DNA of 64,000 nt from Longimicrobiales bacterium (GTDB taxonomy: Bacteria; Gemmatimonadota; Gemmatimonadetes; Longimicrobiales; Gaopeijiaceae), in the NCBI GenBank assembly GCA_965203485.1, contig OZ241892.1, positions 64,001-128,000 on the forward strand, written 5' to 3'. The notes beneath the pieces are model-generated. The model was not told the DNA's origin, ran no database searches, and worked only from the letters and a program-made list of their open reading frames with translations. Made by a program: the position numbers and the translations under genes. This document shows, one piece after another, positions 58,516-64,000 of the stretch (position 1 is its first letter; each line of letters opens with the position of its first letter).

Positions 58516-59642
58516 GCCAGAGCCGAGCGAAGCGCTTTCACGATCTGGACGCCCTCCGCGCTTTTGCCATGATGCTGGGCGTCGTCCTGCACGCCGCCTT
58601 GTTTCTGCTGCCCGACCCGAAGCCCGACAACGACGTGCCAGCTTGGCCCGCCTACCATCCCTACGCCCACGACACGCCGCCGGTCGCGAATCCGTATTCC
58701 TACCTGCTGTTGCTGATTCATGGCTTCAGGATGCCTCTCTTCTTCATGCTCAGCGGCTTCTTCACGGCCATGCTCTGGCGCAAGCGGGGGCCGCGCGCGC
58801 TGGCCGTGCACCGGCTGAAGCGCATCGTCGTCCCCTTGGTCGTGGGCATGGTCACGGTTGTTCCGACAGTTTCGCTGTTCTACCCCGACAGCCCCTCGAG
58901 CTTCGTCGAGTGGACGACCGCTTGGTCGCGGGACCTCTATCACCTGTGGTTCCTCCTGTACCTGTTGCTGATGGCGGCGGGCTTCCTGGCCTTGGTGCGG
59001 TTGGGCGCGCGATTCCAAAGTCGCCTCTGGTGGTTGCTCATCCCGATGGTGCTGGTTCCCCAGTACGCCATGAGGGAGACCTTCGGCGCCGATGTCCCCT
59101 CCGGGTTCCTGCCGATGCCCGACGCGTTCCTCTACTATGCCTTCTTCTTCCTGTTCGGGGCCGTCTTCCACGAACGCGGCATGACCGTGCGCCGCCGGTG
59201 GACGGCGGTGTTGCCGGTCGCGCTTCTGTTGTTCGCCCCTGGTGTGGCCTTTGCATACCCCGACCAGATCGACGCGCTGAGCGCACATGTCGACACAGCT
59301 TGGTTTCAGGTCGCGTCGGCGGGAATCCAGGCGTCGTTCGCTTGGCTCGCGAGCTTCGGCATGATGGGACTCTTCCAGTGGGTCGCGGGACGCGAGCGCT
59401 ATTGGGTGCGCTACATGTCGGACGCCTCCTACTGGATATATCTGTGGCACCTCCCCCTGATCATCGGAGGCCAGCTCCTCACGACAGCTTGGCGAGTGGG
59501 ACCCCACGCGGCCTACCTGCTGACCTGCGGGGGCGCCACTGGCGTGCTTCTGGTCGCCTACCAGCTAGGCGTGCGCTACACCTTCATCGGCGCCACGCTG
59601 AACGGCCCCCGCCAGCGACGAGGCACGCGGGACGCAGGGTAG
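58509..59642 (+). CDS. Acyltransferase family 3 (OpgC/MdoC-like), membrane
   Basis: RFHDLDALRAFAMMLGVVLH, HGFRMPLFFMLSGFF, YHLWFL, SDASYWIYLWH. Confidence 0.9.
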   Translation: MVGQSRAKRFHDLDALRAFAMMLGVVLHAALFLLPDPKPDNDVPAWPAYHPYAHDTPPVANPYSYLLLLIHGFRMPLFFMLSGFFTAMLWRKRGPRALAVHRLKRIVVPLVVGMVTVVPTVSLFYPDSPSSFVEWTTAWSRDLYHLWFLLYLLLMAAGFLALVRLGARFQSRLWWLLIPMVLVPQYAMRETFGADVPSGFLPMPDAFLYYAFFFLFGAVFHERGMTVRRRWTAVLPVALLLFAPGVAFAYPDQIDALSAHVDTAWFQVASAGIQASFAWLASFGMMGLFQWVAGRERYWVRYMSDASYWIYLWHLPLIIGGQLLTTAWRVGPHAAYLLTCGGATGVLLVAYQLGVRYTFIGATLNGPRQRRGTRDAG

Positions 59643-59889
59643 GGCCGGCGCGGACGTGGGCTTGCCGGGCGCAGGCGAGGACCTGGGCCGTCCAGCTCCG
59701 GCCGGCCGTCGGCGAGGGCTCCCGGCCACCCCGCGGCGGCGACCGCAGCGGCTCTCGCCCCTGTCGTCGTCGGCGAAACGCCGGCTTGCAACGCGCTGGC
59801 CGGTTTCTGCGTATTGTTTCTGGCGAACGGCGCCGAAGCGCGAAGGTGGCCCGGAGCCGCTGGCGGTCCGGCCGAACAGGAGAACGAGG

Positions 59890-60276
59890 ATGAAGATCAA
59901 GGAAGAGTTTCACAAGTACTTGCCCGAGCAGGAGCAACGGTGCGCGGCGATCATTCATGGGGCGTCGGTGGCCGCTGGAGGCGCAGCCGCGGTGGCAGTG
60001 GTGCCTGGGTCCGACTTCGTTGCGATTGCGCCGATTCAGGTTGGGATGATCGTCGCGCTGGCGGACGAGTTCGGAGTGCCCTTCTCGGACTCCGGCGTCA
60101 AGTCGGCCCTCTACGCTGGTCTGGGTCGGATCGTCGGCCGCGGCGGCGTCGGCCTGCTGCTGCGGTGGTTGCCGGGCTACGGGAGCGTGGTGCGGGCCGG
60201 GGTGGCGGCGAGCGTCACGGAGGCGCTGGGGTGGACGGTGGTCAAGAAGCTGAAGTCCCAAGGCAAGGTGCTGTAG
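59890..60276 (+). CDS. DUF697/YcjF-like small protein
   Basis: IIHGASVAAG..VPGSDFVAIAPIQVGMIVALA..FG..AASVTEALGW. Confidence 0.7.
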   Translation: MKIKEEFHKYLPEQEQRCAAIIHGASVAAGGAAAVAVVPGSDFVAIAPIQVGMIVALADEFGVPFSDSGVKSALYAGLGRIVGRGGVGLLLRWLPGYGSVVRAGVAASVTEALGWTVVKKLKSQGKVL

Positions 60277-60318
60277 CGCGCGCGGACGGACGCATTACGA
60301 CGCGCCCGCGGGGTGCGT

Positions 60319-61734
60319 TCAGTGCGCCGCGTACGCCAGCCCGGCCATGAAGACTACGGCCTCGCCGGCGTCGGACTTGCGCCAGCCGCCGGAGACCGAA
60401 GCTTCCACCGCCCCCAGCGACACGATGCCGCCGCCGCCGAACTCGAAGCCGCCGGAGACCGCTGCGCCCCCGAGGTTCAGGCTCACGGCCGGCGAGGCCA
60501 GCCATTCGGCGCCGCCGCCCGCCGAGAACTTGGGGCCCGCGCGCATTCCGTCTCCGAGGTGCCCTCGCGCGTCCGCCGACAAGCGAACGCTGGGACTGAT
60601 GCGGTACGCGGCCGCGGCCGAGACGCTGGGCATGAAGGTCATGTCCGCCCAGCGTCGGGCCAGGGCCGCGGGCGCCAGCGGCACGGCCGCGACCGCCAGG
60701 TCGGTGTCGAACTCGCCGCCCCGCAGCTCGGCGACGACCGGGCGGTACTTCGCCGCGCCGTCGTCCCAGGCGAACGTGTTGAAGACGTTCTGCACCGCCA
60801 CGCCCCCGGCGAACGAACCGGACTCGTACTGGAAGCCGAGGTCCAGGCCGAAACCGGCGCCCACGTTGCCGCCCGTCGCGTAGGCGATCGGAGACCTCAC
60901 GGACACGACCAGCGGCGACGCGGACGACTGGGCACGGTCGGCGTCGAGCAGCAAGCCCGCGTGTCCCATGGAGTACTTGACCGCGGCGCCGAAGGCGGCG
61001 TCGCCGTTGCCCGCGGCGAAGGGGAGCGCGTAGGCCAAGCCCGCCGTCGAGACGGCCCATGCGTCGGCCTCCGACGGCTCCGCGCGGATGTCGCTCGGCG
61101 ACCCGGTTCGGCCCGCGTTGCCGTAGAGGGCCAGTTCGAGCAGGCTCGGATCCACATCCATCCGCGACGCCCCCTGCGTCGAGACTTGGAAGCCGAACTG
61201 TCCCACCGAGAACGCGGCCCACGTCACCGCCGCGCCCAGCGGGCCGCTCTGGCCGCCGTCCGCCGAGACGCGCTCCAGCCAGTCCTCCTTCGTGCTTGCG
61301 GCCAATGTCTTGCCACCGGCGCGGGCCAAGTCCGCGAGCCCGATGGGGCCGATACCGTTCTCGATCACGAGAGGCGCGATCGACAGGGACCACCTCGGCG
61401 CTCCCGGCATTGCCAGCCCGGCCGGATTGGCGGCGACCGCCGCGAACCCGCGCACCAAGGCCGCCCCGCCGCCTCCCACGAAGTGCGCCCGGCCGCCGGC
61501 CGCCGCCAACTGCGCACCCGCCGCCTGTCCCGCCGTCGGCCCGGCCAAGGCCATGGCGGCGAAGCACGCAATCCTCGCCCAGGCCGCCGGACAGGCCCGC
61601 CGCTCCGTTCCGCCCGGCCCCCGGCGCATTGCCGCGCATCTCCGCATCGCCCGCCCGGCCAGGGCCACGCGGGCCCCGGTCCCGCGCACCCGCCGAACCG
61701 CTGCCGCGCATCTCCGCATCGCCCGCCCCGTCAT
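60319..61734 (-). CDS. Outer-membrane beta-barrel protein (TraF/DUF5723-like)
   Basis: AVAANPAGL, GFGLDLG, alternating beta-strand pattern, aromatic residue near the C-terminus. True start may be downstream (ATG ~61554). Confidence 0.65.
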   Translation of the reverse strand: MTGRAMRRCAAAVRRVRGTGARVALAGRAMRRCAAMRRGPGGTERRACPAAWARIACFAAMALAGPTAGQAAGAQLAAAGGRAHFVGGGGAALVRGFAAVAANPAGLAMPGAPRWSLSIAPLVIENGIGPIGLADLARAGGKTLAASTKEDWLERVSADGGQSGPLGAAVTWAAFSVGQFGFQVSTQGASRMDVDPSLLELALYGNAGRTGSPSDIRAEPSEADAWAVSTAGLAYALPFAAGNGDAAFGAAVKYSMGHAGLLLDADRAQSSASPLVVSVRSPIAYATGGNVGAGFGLDLGFQYESGSFAGGVAVQNVFNTFAWDDGAAKYRPVVAELRGGEFDTDLAVAAVPLAPAALARRWADMTFMPSVSAAAAYRISPSVRLSADARGHLGDGMRAGPKFSAGGGAEWLASPAVSLNLGGAAVSGGFEFGGGGIVSLGAVEASVSGGWRKSDAGEAVVFMAGLAYAAH

Positions 61735-62789
61735 CCTCCGACCCTCAGCGTCAGGTCCACCTTGCCATTGATCTCGACTTCCATGCCCGGAGCAACCACG
61801 ATGCCGCCGACGGGCGAAGTCACGATTCCCGATCCCGAAAGCCGGACGCCGGACTGTCCCAGGAACGACCGAAACTCTTCGGGAGTCAGCTCCAGCGACA
61901 CGGTGGAGTTCTCGGCTTCGCCAATCGTGAAGCCCTTGCTGACCACGATCTCGCCGTACTTGAGGATCCGCATCGTCGCCTGGAGGCCGGTGCGGAACGA
62001 ATTGGCGACGTCGAGCACGATCGCGCCCGACTGAATCCGGTCCACGATGCCGCCGTCGACCCCTTCGACGCCGATCTCCGCGGGCACGATCCGCACGCGC
62101 CGCCCGACGACGTCGACGTGGGCGGACGACATCCTCACGTCCACCGGACGAACCGTCGCCAAGAACCGGTCCGAGCGCTGGAGCGGCACTCGGTGCTCGG
62201 TGTCCCGTCCACCGGCCGGCGACTCGATTTCAATGGCCATGGTGAGCTGGTCCGCGATCGTCCCCGGGGCGAGCGCGATCGTGCGTCGGGCCAAGCGCAC
62301 CGGCGGGAGCGAATCCGTCGCTCCGTTCAGCGTCAAACGGCCGACTTCGCGCCCGCCCGCCTCGGCAAGCGTGGCCGTCAGCCGCCCCGGGGAGCCTCCG
62401 GGCGGCCGCAGCGGGTCGAACCCGAAGTTGTGCTGCATCCGCAACTCTACGCTGCCCGATGCCAGCTCGGCGTTGCCCAGGTCGGGCGGCAACTCGGCGG
62501 CGGCCGTGATGGAGCCGGTGAACGCCGGTTTGGGCGCTGGCGTGCCGTCCGTGGCGGGGCACTCGGGGCACAAGGCGGCCAAGCTCGACTCTTCGGTCAC
62601 CGGGTCGATCTCGACGACGAAGGCGTCCCCGCTGGCCGTGACGCCTGGCGGCAAGAGACCGTCGACGCCGATGGTGGTGGACTTCACCTCCAGGATCCAG
62701 CGGCTGTCCACGACCGGCAAGTCGGTCGGCACGGAGCACGCGCCCAAGAGTCCGCAGGCCAGGACGGATGTCGCGGTTCTCGTGTTCAT
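61731..62789 (-). CDS. Hypothetical lipoprotein
   Basis: [18 protein letters not shown] lipobox; 4-nt overlaps with both neighbours. Confidence 0.75.
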   Translation of the reverse strand: MNTRTATSVLACGLLGACSVPTDLPVVDSRWILEVKSTTIGVDGLLPPGVTASGDAFVVEIDPVTEESSLAALCPECPATDGTPAPKPAFTGSITAAAELPPDLGNAELASGSVELRMQHNFGFDPLRPPGGSPGRLTATLAEAGGREVGRLTLNGATDSLPPVRLARRTIALAPGTIADQLTMAIEIESPAGGRDTEHRVPLQRSDRFLATVRPVDVRMSSAHVDVVGRRVRIVPAEIGVEGVDGGIVDRIQSGAIVLDVANSFRTGLQATMRILKYGEIVVSKGFTIGEAENSTVSLELTPEEFRSFLGQSGVRLSGSGIVTSPVGGIVVAPGMEVEINGKVDLTLRVGG

Positions 62790-64000
62790 GTCGCCTCGTA
62801 TTGCTGCTTGAGCTGGTCGACCACGGCCGGGTCGGCCAGCGTCGTGGTGTCTCCGAGCGCGCGGCCGCCCGCAATGTCGCCCAGCAACCTGCGCATGATC
62901 TTGCCCGACCGCGTCTTCGGCAAGGCCGCGGCGAAGAAGACGGCGTCGGGGCGCGCGATCCCGCCGATGCCGTCGGCCACGTGCGCCTTGAGTTCGGCGG
63001 CCAGCTCGTCCCCGCCATGCGCTCCTTCCATCAGCGTGACGAAGGCCGCGATCGCCTGTCCCTTGACGGCGTGGCTCCTGCCGACGACGGCCGCTTCGGC
63101 CACCGCCGGATGCTCCACCAGCGCGCTCTCCACCTCCATCGTTCCGATGCGGTGCCCCGCCACGTTGAGCACGTCGTCCACGCGCCCGAGTATCCACAGG
63201 TAGCCGTCTTCGTCCCGCTTGGCGCCGTCGCCCGCAAAGTAGACGCCGTCCCACTTGGACCAGTACTGCCGCCGGAACCGCTCGTCGTCGCCGTAGATGG
63301 TCCGCAGCATGGAAGGCCACGGGCGGGTGACTGCGAGGTAGCCGGCGTCCACGGGCGCGCCCGCGTCGTCGAGGATGGCCGCCTCGACGCCGGGAAAGGG
63401 CCTGCAAGCGCTGCCTGGTCGCGTGTGGGTGATTCCCGGCAACGGCGTGATCATGATGGCGCCGGTCTCGGTCTGCCACCACGTGTCCACGATCGGGCAC
63501 CGCTCGCCGCCGATCACCCGATGGTACCACGTCCACGCCTCGGGATTGATGGGCTCGCCCACGCTGCCGAGGAGCCGCAACCGCGAGAGGTCGTGCCGGG
63601 CCGGCCACTCCTCGCCCCACTGCATGAACGCTCGAACGGCCGTCGGAGCGGTGTAGAAGATGGTGACCCCGTAGCGCTCGCAGATGCGCCAGAAGCGGTC
63701 CTGGGCGGGCCAGTCCGGCGCTCCTTCGTACATGACCACCGTGGCTCCTGCTGCGAGCGGTCCGTAGACGACGTAGCTGTGGCCGGTGACCCAGCCCACG
63801 TCCGCGGTGCACCAGTAGACGTCGTCCTCCTTCAGGTCGAACACGACCTTCGTCGTGGCGTGGACCTGGGTCAGGTAGCCGCCCGTCGTGTGGACCACGC
63901 CCTTGGGCTTCCCCGTGGTGCCCGACGTGTAGAGGATGTAGAGCAGGTCCTCCGAGTCCATGGGTTCCGGTTCGCACTCGGCGCTCGCGGCGGCGGCCAT
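62786..64000 (-). CDS. acs: Acetyl-CoA synthetase (5' end outside the window)
   Basis: [55 protein letters not shown]. Confidence 0.96.
   Translation of the reverse strand: MAAAASAECEPEPMDSEDLLYILYTSGTTGKPKGVVHTTGGYLTQVHATTKVVFDLKEDDVYWCTADVGWVTGHSYVVYGPLAAGATVVMYEGAPDWPAQDRFWRICERYGVTIFYTAPTAVRAFMQWGEEWPARHDLSRLRLLGSVGEPINPEAWTWYHRVIGGERCPIVDTWWQTETGAIMITPLPGITHTRPGSACRPFPGVEAAILDDAGAPVDAGYLAVTRPWPSMLRTIYGDDERFRRQYWSKWDGVYFAGDGAKRDEDGYLWILGRVDDVLNVAGHRIGTMEVESALVEHPAVAEAAVVGRSHAVKGQAIAAFVTLMEGAHGGDELAAELKAHVADGIGGIARPDAVFFAAALPKTRSGKIMRRLLGDIAGGRALGDTTTLADPAVVDQLKQQYEAT

Noticed and set aside
61630..61728. 27-bp direct repeat (61630-61656, 61702-61728)
   Set aside because: Local duplication in a low-complexity N-terminal or intergenic stretch; only two copies, no functional context.

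Overview
GC-rich bacterial DNA. The gene content (6-bladed beta-propeller lipoproteins, DUF885, a Tat-signal aminotransferase) suggests Gemmatimonadota, but this is inference only. A ~39 kb integrase-less defence island (~1.4-40.7 kb) lies between fumC and a housekeeping block (SDR, trxB, HU, ADH, LPS genes, acs). Its backbone is a DISARM-related trio: SNF2 helicase, 1713-aa N6-methyltransferase and a 2218-aa YprA/DUF1998 helicase with a C-terminal nuclease-like domain. Cargo splits the trio: Fic toxin(s), a DUF2806-like protein, an NDT/TIR-like effector, a Hachiman-like pair, a PIN/Phd TA pair, an AAA ATPase and many internally deleted pseudogenes. The giant helicase is translationally coupled to an OLD-like ATPase-TOPRIM gene. 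That gene runs into a divergent, compact type I-G CRISPR effector module (csb1, csb2, cas3 with C-terminal HD, small cas8g) and an 8-repeat array, with no cas1/cas2/cas4. Two non-coding signals are not explained by these genes. One is a dispersed ~35-bp motif (GGACA-N7-GGACATTTTG-N6-CGAAATC) at cargo junctions. The other is a 31-bp copy of the methyltransferase 5' end that brackets a 7-kb insert. All family calls come from motif recognition by eye; no database searches were run.
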